DNA of 64,000 nucleotides from a virus. The stretch spans positions 1 through 64,000 of the IMG/VR virus record IMGVR_UViG_3300046318_000491; one strand, given 5' to 3'. Below the pieces are notes generated by a model. That model did no database searches, was not told the origin of the DNA, and saw only the letters and a list, made by a program, of their open reading frames with translations. The position numbers and the translations under genes are program-made. This document shows positions 1 to 8,589 of the stretch, piece after piece. The stretch's first letter is position 1; every line of letters starts with the position of its first letter.

Positions 1-224
1 CCATCGATAGTCACTGAAGTATTAGTAAGAAAGTTGCTGTAGTCCTTGCGTGGCTCTCTGGTATTGAAATGATAAAGCACTTCATCTTTATCAAGCAGAT
101 AGATAGGCGATGGCATCCCTGTTGGATACTTAGTAAATAGGCCCTTAACATTTACCATGTAGTAAATCATGGATTCTGTTTTACCGACAAGCTTTGCTAT
201 TTCACGTACTGTTATTAATTCCAT
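1..224 (-). CDS. Putative helix-turn-helix DNA-binding protein (runs off the window edge)
   Basis: Hand translation MELITVREIAKLVGKTESMIYYMV... resembles an excisionase/MerR-type HTH. TATGCT lies 6 nt before the ATG. Absent from the ORF track because it is truncated. Confidence 0.55.
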   Translation of the reverse strand, partial: MELITVREIAKLVGKTESMIYYMVNVKGLFTKYPTGMPSPIYLLDKDEVLYHFNTREPRKDYSNFLTNTSVTID

Positions 225-237
225 ACCCTCAGCATAC

Positions 238-279
238 AGAAAACGGGCCTACACCGCAACAGTAGTAGACCCGTTTCTG
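238..279 (-). terminator. Stem-loop, probable intrinsic terminator
   Basis: Minus strand GAAACGGGTCTAC...GTAGGCCCGTTT followed by TCTG, downstream of 320..757. Confidence 0.55.
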
Positions 280-319
280 CAACTCCGCTAAGGCAACCGT
301 TAGGTTACGGAGTTAACCC

Positions 320-757
320 TTACTTCTTTTTCGGGGTTGGCTTCTTTGGAGTAGTGCCAGAAGTCGACGGCTTTGCCGGAGACTTCTTAGGCGCTGGCTT
401 CTTTGCAACAGGAGTATCAGCAAGATCCTTCTTGATAGCTTCCTTCTTTGCAGTAGTCTTTGCAACTGGCTTCTTTGCAACTGGCTTAGTCTTTGTTGCC
501 GCCTTCTGCTTTTCAGCCACTGCCTTAGCATAAGCAATCTTGTTGTCTGCACACTTGCACTTACCAGAACCGCAGACACAATCTGCCTTACCGCTGGTAG
601 TTGCTGGGACAATCTGAACAGTCACCTTCTTAGGTGCTGACTCAATGATCTTGTCAAACAACTCTGACTCATTGATCAACTTAAAACGTGGGCCATGCTC
701 ATTAGGCATCGGCTTGTTTCCACGCAATAGCTTTCGTACTTGATTAAAGATTCCCAT
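320..757 (-). CDS. Hypothetical protein with Cys cluster and Lys/Pro/Ala-rich histone-H1-like tail
   Basis: CVCGSGKCKC followed by KPVAKK/KKPAPKK/PKKPTPKKK repeats. Confidence 0.7.
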   Translation of the reverse strand: MGIFNQVRKLLRGNKPMPNEHGPRFKLINESELFDKIIESAPKKVTVQIVPATTSGKADCVCGSGKCKCADNKIAYAKAVAEKQKAATKTKPVAKKPVAKTTAKKEAIKKDLADTPVAKKPAPKKSPAKPSTSGTTPKKPTPKKK

Positions 758-986
758 CTTCCATACCCTTCCATATATCTTCCAGTTGATCTACGTCAAC
801 AACTGGATCGATCTTATCAATAATGCTCCAGATGTACTCACCTAGAGTTTCTCCTACTCGAACATCAAGAACATCATAATCAATCAGAATCTGTAGATGT
901 GCCTCGATCTGTCGAGCTGCTTCTTCCTTCATCATTATTACCACACTCCTTGCATTCACAGTACCACTTTTTATCGTAGTATTCAA
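744..986 (-). CDS. Hypothetical protein
   Basis: 80 aa ORF with AGAAGG RBS, overlapping the next gene in operon fashion. Confidence 0.6.
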   Translation of the reverse strand: MNTTIKSGTVNARSVVIMMKEEAARQIEAHLQILIDYDVLDVRVGETLGEYIWSIIDKIDPVVDVDQLEDIWKGMEDGNL

Positions 987-1046
987 CTACCTTCTTACAA
1001 TCTTTGTGATGACCCGTCATGCACCATCCACAAAGTTGTCCCCTCA

Positions 1047-1568
1047 TTATGTAACCTTTAGCATGCAGTCGTCACATAAAAGGAAAGACATGGTGCCAGT
1101 TAAAATATCCGACTTCTTATCCTTGTTCAACAGAACAGGCATAACCTTAGCTTCTTCCTCGCACATCTCGCACTTCATCTCAACCAGCCAGTCAAGCTTG
1201 ATTCCCTTCTCCTGAGCAGATAACAATCCCTGCCCTAAAGCATGAAGCCAACCTTCACCTCGAGTACTTCTTAGGAACACTCTTAAGTCTGAAGCCTTCA
1301 ATACAGCAAAAGGTCGCTGACATGGACAACGCTGAGCATTAGGAGAACAACTCATAATCCCAGTCATTCGATCTCGCTTGTGTCGCTTTACTGGATGTCC
1401 ACAAACACAGACTCGATGATCTAATCCTTCACGACTTACGTCAGTGAAGTCCATAAGTTCTCGACCTTCTTCAGGCGAAGAACTTAGAAACGCAAATGGA
1501 TCCTTTGCATTAGCAAATTCATCCTCTTCAATTTCATTTTCTTCCATAGAGCTATTATCCAACTTCAT
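1047..1568 (-). CDS. Cys-rich putative zinc-binding protein
   Basis: CVCGH..H, CxxxxxxCPC, CEMC and CDDC motifs; GAAGGAG RBS. Confidence 0.7.
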   Translation of the reverse strand: MKLDNSSMEENEIEEDEFANAKDPFAFLSSSPEEGRELMDFTDVSREGLDHRVCVCGHPVKRHKRDRMTGIMSCSPNAQRCPCQRPFAVLKASDLRVFLRSTRGEGWLHALGQGLLSAQEKGIKLDWLVEMKCEMCEEEAKVMPVLLNKDKKSDILTGTMSFLLCDDCMLKVT

Positions 1569-2003
1569 CTCCTTCTTGTCAAGTCAAGACTATCACTATA
1601 AAAAACAGACTATTTTCATATTCTCATATTGTAGACTATGGTTTCAGTCGGCGTAGAGAAAATTTCTTACGCGCGTACTAAAAATATAGTTAACAATATA
1701 AATATAGTATATAGTTTTTAAGGGGTATTATCAAGATTTCACCAATAATTTCCAACACTTTATTTGATAATAACCATTTCAACCTATTATCACTCTCTTC
1801 ATAAGAACGTCTATTTCTTTGATAGTACCTTCACACATTTTTTTCTCTCCCAACGATAGTCGCCAATATCGAAATAGACCGATAGTTTTTCTTGTACGTA
1901 CAAAATCGTTACCAAACTTCCAACGAACCTTCGTTCGAAGTTGCACCTAAAAATCATGAAATTCTTAAAACTAACCTTCACAACTCAGACGTAAAATAGT
2001 TTC
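1569..2003. other. AT-rich divergent intergenic region with oriented pentamer repeats and palindromes (candidate origin/control region)
   Basis: ACTAT repeats on the left and ATAGT repeats on the right of palindrome TACGCGCGTA (1668-1677); second palindrome TTGTACGTACAA (1892-1903). Confidence 0.35.
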
Positions 2004-2246
2004 ATGAAGGTTTACGGAATCCCCTCCCCCGACACCAGGGATCCACTTCGTCGCGCTCTAGATCAGATAGACCTCTGCACATTAGTTGTACAGGAGGCAC
2101 ACTTTGAAGTTGAACCTCCAGAGAACCCAGAGCACAAGGCTGACCTTCTGATAGCCGTTGAAGCCCTAGCACTTGAAGTAATGGACCTTTTGCACACAAC
2201 GCGAGTCTATGTTTGGGGTAAAGACGAAGAAGACGAGGACCTCTAG
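2004..2246 (+). CDS. Hypothetical protein
   Basis: 80 aa acidic ORF; TAAAAT 6 nt before the ATG (leaderless). Confidence 0.65.
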   Translation: MKVYGIPSPDTRDPLRRALDQIDLCTLVVQEAHFEVEPPENPEHKADLLIAVEALALEVMDLLHTTRVYVWGKDEEDEDL

Positions 2247-2322
2247 ATCCCTTATAATTAGTACTAGGGAGAGACTACTTACCTTTCAGGCGTGTCTCAA
2301 TGTTACAAAATCCGTACAAAGC

Positions 2323-2354
2323 AAAAGGACTGTCCAATAGGACAGCCCTTTATT
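2323..2354. terminator. Bidirectional intrinsic terminator
   Basis: AAAAGGACTGTCC-AATA-GGACAGCCCTTT between convergent genes. Confidence 0.65.
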
Positions 2355-2375
2355 CTGCTACGCCGATGCTTAAGG

Positions 2376-2507
2376 CTACTTACGGCGATGGATCTGCTTC
2401 CGAGTCTGCACAGCAGCTACCACAAAGGCACTCAAAAAAGTCACGAGTACGGTCACAACAGCGCCGATCCAGAACGAAGTCCAATCTAGGACAAACGAAA
2501 TTTCCAT
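2376..2507 (-). CDS. Small single-pass membrane protein
   Basis: MEISFVLDWTSFWIGAVVTVLVTFLSAFVVAAVQTRKQIHRRK; GAAGGA RBS supports the ATG at 2507 rather than 2558. Confidence 0.6.
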   Translation of the reverse strand: MEISFVLDWTSFWIGAVVTVLVTFLSAFVVAAVQTRKQIHRRK

Positions 2508-2558
2508 ATTCTTTCCTTCCTTCACAACCAACCTACCACAGCCTAGAGGTTTAATCAA

Positions 2559-4397
2559 GTGAAAAAACTAAAACTGTTTCTATCTATCTCTTTAGCCTTA
2601 AGCCCAGTATTCTTTGCAGCCCCTGCAATGGCAGATGAACCAGCCTCCGCAGAGCCTGTAGTTGTTGTAGTGACTACCCCAGGTGGAGATGACTCTTCAT
2701 ACCAGATCCCCCTGACAACCACTGTAACCTTTGACGGAGTGCAGTACAGCAACGTCTACGCTACAACTAACTCAGTCATCACATTCGGACAGCCAGACGG
2801 AACCTACTGGACCTACCCACAGACCCCATCTATCAGCCTCTACTCAATGGACTGGGTGGTCTACCCTAACCAGCGTGCAGACGAACACTTAATCATCCGC
2901 GCATCTGATGGAGGTTTCCAAGTTGATATTTCGGCTCGTCCGATCTGGCTACAGAATGCTACAGAACCAACGAACATTAATATTGTTGCCGCCATCAACA
3001 TTGACGGAACAGTAGCCATCTCATACTCCCTCACGGGTCCAGCCTACGAAGGTCAGACCCGTACTGGCGTACGTCTAACTAATGGCCAGATCGCTACCCT
3101 TGAAGAGTATGGCGTTGTTCAGGTGGAGACTCCGCCAGTACTAACTCCAGAGCCCGTAGTGCCAACACCTGAACCAACAGTGACACCGGAACCAACCCCC
3201 ACCACAACCCCAACACCGGAGCCAACACCCACACAGGAACCGACCCCAACACCAACCCCAGAAGTAACACCTTCACCTGAACCAACTCCTACTGTAGAAC
3301 CCACCCCTCAGCCTACTACACCACCACCATTTATCCCAGAGGGAGCTACCTTACTAGGCGAGGGTTCATCTATTGAAGTCATTGCTCCAGCAGGGCAGAG
3401 GATTGTAAGCGTCACTGCTTGGTATGGTGACCCTAATGATGGCTCTCGAGGCGTCGAAGTTTCATCAGAACTGACTCAGTTAGCCAGCGGACAGACCTCC
3501 GTAGTCATTGATTCAGACAACAGATACGGTGACCCAGCGGGTGGCACAGTAAAGGTTCTCATCTTTGTTGTTGCCTATGAAAACATACCGACTCCAGAAC
3601 CTACTCCAACTCCAACCCCAGAGCCGACCCCTACGGTTCCACCAGTTGTAATTCCGGAACCTACCCCTACTCCGACTCCACAGCCAGAGCCAACTTTGCC
3701 TCCAGAACCAAGTCCGTCGCCAGAACCGCAACCAGAGCCAGCACCAGAACCGACTCCCACTCCAGAGCCACCAGTAGAGCCAGAACCAGAGCCACCGGTA
3801 CCAGTGGAACCAGAACCGCCAGTAGTAGAACCTGAACCACCTGCTGTTGAACCGACACCTGAACCTCCTATAGTAGAGCCTGAACCTATACCAGAGCCTA
3901 CACCAGAAGAGCCAGCTAAGGAAGAAGAGATTACTTCTGCCGAACAGCTTCCAGAAATCATCAGCGCCGAACTTCTAACGAAGATTGACCTTACCGAGAT
4001 TGTTGCAACTGACCTTACCGAAGCACAGGCAGACGCTCTGAAAGAAGCAGCTCTCGAAACATTCGAGACAGCAGAGAAGGGCTCAGCAGAATACAAGCAA
4101 GCTCTTGATGCTCTCTATATTGCAGCCGCAGCCGATGACATTGTTATCTCAGCAGAACTTGCAGCCATCCCAGGTGCTGAAGCCTTGGTTGACGCAATTA
4201 ACTTCATGTCAAACGTTGGAGCGGATATGTCTCCAGAGCAACGTGAAGAGTCAGAGAAGGTAGTTGTCACAGCCGTTGTTGCTGGTAATGCTGCAATCGC
4301 AGCAGCAGCTTCTGCTGCAGGTGCAGCCACAGGAGCGGCAGGCAGTTCAGGCGGAGGCGCATCGGGCGGCTCATCAGCAGGAAGAAGGAACAAGTAA
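2559..4397 (+). CDS. Secreted/surface Pro-rich protein with nidogen-like N-domain and Cys-free SUEL-lectin-like domain
   Basis: Signal peptide ending in AMA; [22 protein letters not shown]; two long (PT/PE)n linkers; A.YGDP...N.YGDPxxGTxKxL lectin-like motif; Ala-rich hydrophobic C-terminus ending RRNK. Confidence 0.65.
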   Translation: MKKLKLFLSISLALSPVFFAAPAMADEPASAEPVVVVVTTPGGDDSSYQIPLTTTVTFDGVQYSNVYATTNSVITFGQPDGTYWTYPQTPSISLYSMDWVVYPNQRADEHLIIRASDGGFQVDISARPIWLQNATEPTNINIVAAINIDGTVAISYSLTGPAYEGQTRTGVRLTNGQIATLEEYGVVQVETPPVLTPEPVVPTPEPTVTPEPTPTTTPTPEPTPTQEPTPTPTPEVTPSPEPTPTVEPTPQPTTPPPFIPEGATLLGEGSSIEVIAPAGQRIVSVTAWYGDPNDGSRGVEVSSELTQLASGQTSVVIDSDNRYGDPAGGTVKVLIFVVAYENIPTPEPTPTPTPEPTPTVPPVVIPEPTPTPTPQPEPTLPPEPSPSPEPQPEPAPEPTPTPEPPVEPEPEPPVPVEPEPPVVEPEPPAVEPTPEPPIVEPEPIPEPTPEEPAKEEEITSAEQLPEIISAELLTKIDLTEIVATDLTEAQADALKEAALETFETAEKGSAEYKQALDALYIAAAADDIVISAELAAIPGAEALVDAINFMSNVGADMSPEQREESEKVVVTAVVAGNAAIAAAASAAGAATGAAGSSGGGASGGSSAGRRNK

Positions 4398-4624
4398 TGA
4401 AAGAAAAAACAATGCTCATCCTTGCATCAGGAGTCATGCTAGCAATTCTCTTTGCAATCATTGGCGACTATGTAGTGGCAGCAATTGAAACCCAAACAAC
4501 TGGTGAAGCCGTAGAAGTTTCATCAGATGTTATGACCCTAGTACAGACAGCCCTCGGCGGTATCATCGGTATCCTCGGTGGCTACTTCGGAGCTAAAGCA
4601 ACCAACAAGAAAGAAGAAGACTAA
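4397..4624 (+). CDS. Two-TM membrane protein (holin-like)
   Basis: Two hydrophobic helices and a charged C-terminus; coupled TAATG; upstream of the endolysin. Confidence 0.55.
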   Translation: MKEKTMLILASGVMLAILFAIIGDYVVAAIETQTTGEAVEVSSDVMTLVQTALGGIIGILGGYFGAKATNKKEED

Positions 4625-4815
4625 TGAAGAACTTCCTCGTATCACTCTTCAAAGACATCATTGATCAGGCATGGACCCTACTCGGTATGGTCGTTGCATG
4701 GCTTGTACTTGAAGGATCCGCCAAGGAACTGACCGGAAATCTCATTCTCGTAGTACTTGCAATCTGGGTAATCACTTTCCCACTTCGCTACGAGAAACCA
4801 GAAGCCGATGAGTAA
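4624..4815 (+). CDS. Two-TM membrane protein (holin-like)
   Basis: Two hydrophobic segments; coupled TAATG. Confidence 0.55.
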   Translation: MKNFLVSLFKDIIDQAWTLLGMVVAWLVLEGSAKELTGNLILVVLAIWVITFPLRYEKPEADE

Positions 4816-4984
4816 CCTAGACCACGAAGCCTATCTAGCAGCTCATTATGCCCTAGGTAAGGTCGAGGTCGAACAGGGGTTTATCCTCACATCCCAGGAG
4901 CGCAGCCGGTTCCTAAAGAACTTTGTCATGGACTATTTACGCTCTAAGTCACTAAAAGATGACTCTGGTAAAATTGAGCCATGA
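4808..4984 (+). CDS. Hypothetical 58-aa protein (below ORF-track cutoff)
   Basis: MSNLDHEAYLAAHYALGKVEVEQGFILTSQERSRFLKNFVMDYLRSKSLKDDSGKIEP; overlaps both neighbours and fills the gap exactly. Confidence 0.6.
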   Translation: MSNLDHEAYLAAHYALGKVEVEQGFILTSQERSRFLKNFVMDYLRSKSLKDDSGKIEP

Positions 4985-5229
4985 AGAAGATCTCCCGCTT
5001 TCTTCGGTACCTGCAGTTCTACTTTGAGCCTAACTCAAAAGCTCTTCATGCCGAAGCATTCATTGCCGCCCGTACCCACTTTGCAACTATGCCAATGCGT
5101 ACGAAGCTAAGGCCGTACCCAACCCCAGCGGACTATGAGTACAGGAGACTTCAGTTCCAGGCTTACCAGCGTGGATACATAAACGCCTACCGTACTAGGT
5201 ATGCACAAGACAAACTAGCTACTCACTAA
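4981..5229 (+). CDS. Hypothetical protein
   Basis: 82 aa ORF; TAAAAT 6 nt before the ATG. Confidence 0.65.
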   Translation: MKKISRFLRYLQFYFEPNSKALHAEAFIAARTHFATMPMRTKLRPYPTPADYEYRRLQFQAYQRGYINAYRTRYAQDKLATH

Positions 5230-5238
5230 GGAGAGATC

Positions 5239-6042
5239 ATGGCAGCACCAAAGGCAGCAGCAAAGCCAAAACAGTACGTACAGTACACAGACTATTTCGG
5301 TAAGAAGCTACGTGGCGATGAGTTCGGCAACCTAGCACCATACCGCAACGGACGTCCTCACCGCGGTGGCGACTGGGCCCCGAAGGAACTAGCACCAATC
5401 AAAGCATTCTGCGACGGTAAAGTAACCAACGTATTCTGGTCAAACGTTCTTGGCTGGGTAGTTGAAGTTCTCGCAGCAGATGGCGTCTACACTCAGTACT
5501 CACACATCGCACCTAAGACCGTTGAGGTTGACAAGGGCGAAGTTATCAAGATGGGTGACGTTATCGGCAAGGTCGGCGGCGGACGTAAGACCCCGAGTGG
5601 CAGCGCCAGCACGGGTGCCCATTTGCACGTTGCAATGGGTAAAGTAAAAGACTGCCACCTAGCAGATCGTTCAAAGCTTCTAGACCCGTTCAAGCACATT
5701 GATGCTCACTCAAAGCCAGCTCCAGCAGCCGCAGCAGCTCCAGTTGCAGCAGCCGCAGCAGCTCCAACTTCAAACGAACCAGCAGCCGCAGCCCCCGCAG
5801 TAGCTGCTCCGGTTGACGACCACTCAGAGATTCTAAAGATTGATCTCTCAGCTAAGCCAAAGATTAAGCCAGGAGACAAGGGTCCTTACGTTGCTTACGT
5901 TCAGGCTAAGTTCGGTCAGACTCCTACTGGCGTTTATGACGGCAAGCTAAAGAAGTCAGTCATCAAGCTTCAGAAGGACAACAAGTATGTTGCTGATGGT
6001 GTCTTCGGAAACCTAACCTGGGCTAAGGTAATCAACCTATAG
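5239..6042 (+). CDS. Endolysin: M23 peptidase plus C-terminal peptidoglycan-binding domain
   Basis: HRGGD (HxxxD), YSH and GAHLH (HxH) zinc motifs; Ala/Pro linker; LQK...DGVFGNLTW PG_binding_1-like end; AAGGAG RBS. Confidence 0.9.
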   Translation: MAAPKAAAKPKQYVQYTDYFGKKLRGDEFGNLAPYRNGRPHRGGDWAPKELAPIKAFCDGKVTNVFWSNVLGWVVEVLAADGVYTQYSHIAPKTVEVDKGEVIKMGDVIGKVGGGRKTPSGSASTGAHLHVAMGKVKDCHLADRSKLLDPFKHIDAHSKPAPAAAAAPVAAAAAAPTSNEPAAAAPAVAAPVDDHSEILKIDLSAKPKIKPGDKGPYVAYVQAKFGQTPTGVYDGKLKKSVIKLQKDNKYVADGVFGNLTWAKVINL

Positions 6043-6058
6043 GCTTAAACCTCAAATA

Positions 6059-6093
6059 AGAAACCCCCTGCTAAACACAGGGGGCTTTCTTTT
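6059..6093. terminator. Bidirectional intrinsic terminator
   Basis: AGAAACCCCCTG-CTAAACA-CAGGGGGCTTTCTTT between convergent genes. Confidence 0.8.
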
Positions 6094-6397
6094 AAAACTT
6101 AGGGTTGTCCCCTGAGTCACCGAATGGATCGTCTTCATCATCGTCAAATCGGACTTCCATTGCATCATCTAGGTTCATTAACGCATTAGCAATCATTTGC
6201 TGGAACTCGGAGTTCACATTACTAATGCTTTTCTCACGAATATAGAATTCATATATCTCGGCCTTGTAGATAATCTTGGCCATTCGCTTACGATCCCTAG
6301 GACTTAAGTTCTTAAATACCTGGTTCTGAGCGATATTCAGCATAATCTCCGTCATATGACGGTTCTTCTGCACCTTGCGGACGCTACGCTCGTTCAT
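6092..6397 (-). CDS. Hypothetical protein
   Basis: 101 aa ORF with GAAAGG RBS. Confidence 0.7.
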   Translation of the reverse strand: MNERSVRKVQKNRHMTEIMLNIAQNQVFKNLSPRDRKRMAKIIYKAEIYEFYIREKSISNVNSEFQQMIANALMNLDDAMEVRFDDDEDDPFGDSGDNPKF

Positions 6398-6586
6398 TAT
6401 TAAGTGCCTTTCCGCATTTAAATACGTTTACTACAACGTATCCTATCTCACGAACCAACGTTTTCTTTACACTTAGAATATTTTATCTAAATGTAGCAGT
6501 CTTTTGTAAAGTACAACTATGTTTTTTACTACAGAACCCAACTGCTTTTCAGAATGTAGCAGTTTATTTCTATTAGTCAAGCAAGT

Positions 6587-6769
6587 TTATTCTAGGCGAC
6601 GGTCAATCTTAAGAATAAGCGCCTCTAGTTGCTCAGCAGTGTTCTGGTCCGTAGTGGCCTCTAAGATATCAGCGATGTCGTTAATATTCTCTTTTAGGCC
6701 AGCCTTGAAACCATCTTCCCATTGCTGGTGTTCTAACTTACTTTGAAAGTGCGGAGGTAGATTTGTCAT
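6587..6769 (-). CDS. Hypothetical protein
   Basis: 60 aa; TAAAAT 6 nt before the ATG. Confidence 0.65.
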   Translation of the reverse strand: MTNLPPHFQSKLEHQQWEDGFKAGLKENINDIADILEATTDQNTAEQLEALILKIDRRLE

Positions 6770-6799
6770 ACCATCATTTTAATATAAGAACTAAATGGT

Positions 6800-6985
6800 C
6801 TATTCGTACTGAAAGATAATCAGCACGCCATCCTTATCTAGGAAGTAAACATCATCCCAGCTAGTGTAGTTAATTATACCAAGAGAGTGTAAATATGCAA
6901 ACGTCTCCCTACGACCAGCATAGACAACCTCATCCTTAATTTCCCTGAATGGTAGTGGAGGAGGCTTAGCAGGACCACGTTTCAC
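6800..6985 (-). CDS. Hypothetical protein
   Basis: 61 aa; GTG start coupled to the upstream stop. Confidence 0.55.
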   Translation of the reverse strand: MKRGPAKPPPLPFREIKDEVVYAGRRETFAYLHSLGIINYTSWDDVYFLDKDGVLIIFQYE

Positions 6986-7158
6986 TATTCAGCAGTTTCA
7001 TCTTCAAGGTCAAAGACGATACTCCAGAACTCTATGTCCGACATAAGATTCTCTAACTTGCGACCAATCTCTTCTAGGTCACTAGCAGCCTTATTGACCT
7101 TAGCGTCAATTTCCTGCCACTCATTATAGATCCACTCACTGCTGTCGTTATTCTCCAT
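6985..7158 (-). CDS. Hypothetical 57-aa acidic protein (below ORF-track cutoff)
   Basis: MENNDSSEWIYNEWQEIDAKVNKAASDLEEIGRKLENLMSDIEFWSIVFDLEDETAE; fills the gap between flanking genes. Confidence 0.6.
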   Translation of the reverse strand: MENNDSSEWIYNEWQEIDAKVNKAASDLEEIGRKLENLMSDIEFWSIVFDLEDETAE

Positions 7159-7471
7159 CATGGCTTTTAAATTCCTCTGCTAGGTCTTGAATGGTCATTT
7201 TAATTGCGGAAGCACTGCTGTCTCGTCCGGTTCGTTCTCCAACGATACCAATCAAGATACCATCATCATACCCAGCTTCCCATGCTTCTCTAACTTCAGG
7301 GGAGCATTCCTCAGCTTTATAAAGCTTTTCATCAGTAGCAAGATGAAATAAGCCTTCAATCTCTTCTACACTCTTGGCCCAGCGAAATTCTACAAATAGA
7401 CCTCCACCATCTTCACCGGCATCTTCTTCCCAGATCTGACAACGAAACAGTTTATGTTCTGGAGTTAGCAT
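7148..7471 (-). CDS. Hypothetical protein
   Basis: 107 aa with GAGAGGA RBS. Confidence 0.7.
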   Translation of the reverse strand: MLTPEHKLFRCQIWEEDAGEDGGGLFVEFRWAKSVEEIEGLFHLATDEKLYKAEECSPEVREAWEAGYDDGILIGIVGERTGRDSSASAIKMTIQDLAEEFKSHDGE

Positions 7472-7516
7472 TGCTTCCTCTCTTTCTTTTATCCATACCT
7501 GCGTTTATTAGTTTAG

Positions 7517-7597
7517 TCTCGGTGGCGGGGCTCGAACCCGCAAGTCTTGCGACGACTGATTTTAAGTCAGTTGCGTATACCATTCCGCCACACCGAG
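7517..7597 (-). tRNA. tRNA-Leu(TAA)
   Basis: CTCGGTG/CACCGAG acceptor stem, anticodon arm ACTGA-CTTAAAA-TCAGT, long variable arm, GGTTCGAGCCC T arm; CCA not encoded. Confidence 0.95.
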
Positions 7598-7603
7598 TTA
7601 GTG

Positions 7604-8131
7604 CTAGTCTTGCTTGGCTTTTCGGTAACGCTCTCTATGGTAAGCGTTATAGCCTTCTCTATCGTTTTCTCGTTCCCTACGCTTAGACTCCCTATCAGAG
7701 TCTCTCTTACATAGAATGCAGGTATTGTATTTAGGGTGCGTGTTCTCTGGAGTTCTAGGGTGTCCACGCTTACAGGTAGCTTCCTGGCTTGGAATCCTTA
7801 CAACATTTCGCCCCTTATTGATTGCATCTCTAGCATTGTCCTTAGGGGTGCCAAGAGACAAGTGATTAGGATTCACACACGAGCGAGTATCACACGAATG
7901 CATTACGTGACTTTTAGCATCTGAAAGTACTCCATCATTCTTAGCAAGAGCCCACGAGATCTTATGCGCAGATACACCACTACCTCGTACAGCAAAAGAG
8001 CCATAGCCCTTACTATTTAGAGACGCAGTCCAAAGCCAGCAAGAGTCTATATCTTTTATATCTACCTTTGCCCAAAACCTAGCTAGGGCTTCAGGATCTA
8101 AATTCAACTGCGTCATTTCAAACGACCCCAA
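7604..8131 (-). CDS. HNH homing endonuclease
   Basis: CWLWT...GYG, AHKISW, VMHSCDTRSCVNPNHL and a C-terminal CKRGH...CILC; the start may be 8116. Confidence 0.9.
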   Translation of the reverse strand: MGSFEMTQLNLDPEALARFWAKVDIKDIDSCWLWTASLNSKGYGSFAVRGSGVSAHKISWALAKNDGVLSDAKSHVMHSCDTRSCVNPNHLSLGTPKDNARDAINKGRNVVRIPSQEATCKRGHPRTPENTHPKYNTCILCKRDSDRESKRRERENDREGYNAYHRERYRKAKQD

Positions 8132-8316
8132 TCACTTTTTAACCACATACGTTCATGAATGTAGTACAACACAAAATTAATTACATTAGATACGACTGTT
8201 AATGAAAACGCAAAAGACCAACTTTCAGTCATGGCGTATCCAATCAGAAGGGTACTTATAATTGCTACTACCCGCCAAGTCAACGACTTAGCTAATGAGC
8301 GCTTCTTAGTTATCAA
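8113..8316 (-). CDS. DUF2061-like small membrane protein
   Basis: RSLAKSLTWR...YYIHERMW signature. Confidence 0.8.
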   Translation of the reverse strand: MITKKRSLAKSLTWRVVAIISTLLIGYAMTESWSFAFSLTVVSNVINFVLYYIHERMWLKSDWGRLK

Positions 8317-8317
8317 T

Positions 8318-8413
8318 TTATAGCTTTCTATTTATAGCAATTATGACAACTGCAATGATGGCCCCAACAAGGTACCCCCACGCGCTACCAAAAGTGTTTA
8401 CCATAAAATTCAT
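8318..8413 (-). CDS. 31-aa membrane peptide
   Basis: MNFMVNTFGSAWGYLVGAIIAVVIIAINRKL; TTGACA upstream; ends 1 nt before the next start. Confidence 0.5.
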   Translation of the reverse strand: MNFMVNTFGSAWGYLVGAIIAVVIIAINRKL

Positions 8414-8451
8414 ACTGTACTACTTTCATATAGGTGTCAACTGTAGTTCCG

Positions 8452-8525
8452 TCGAGGCTGTGGGACTTGAACCCACGACGACCGAATTATGAGTTCGGGG
8501 CTCTAACCAGCTGAGCTAAGCCTCG
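8452..8525 (-). tRNA. tRNA with CAT anticodon (Ile2/lysidine type or elongator Met; not initiator)
   Basis: CGAGGCT/AGCCTCG acceptor stem fully paired, CCGAA-CTCATAA-TTCGG anticodon arm, GGTTCAAGTCC T arm. Confidence 0.92.
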
Positions 8526-8543
8526 TTTTAAAAACCATAACAT

Positions 8544-8579
8544 AAAAAAACCGGATAACCTAATCGGCTATCCGGCTTT
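8544..8579 (-). terminator. Intrinsic terminator
   Basis: Minus strand GCCGGATAGCC...GGTTATCCGG followed by TTTTTTT. Confidence 0.75.
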
Positions 8580-8589
8580 AGTTTCTGTA

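Noticed and set aside
3094-4488. Alternative-frame and antisense ORFs over the Pro-rich gene
   Set aside because: Shadows of low-complexity codons with no start signals.
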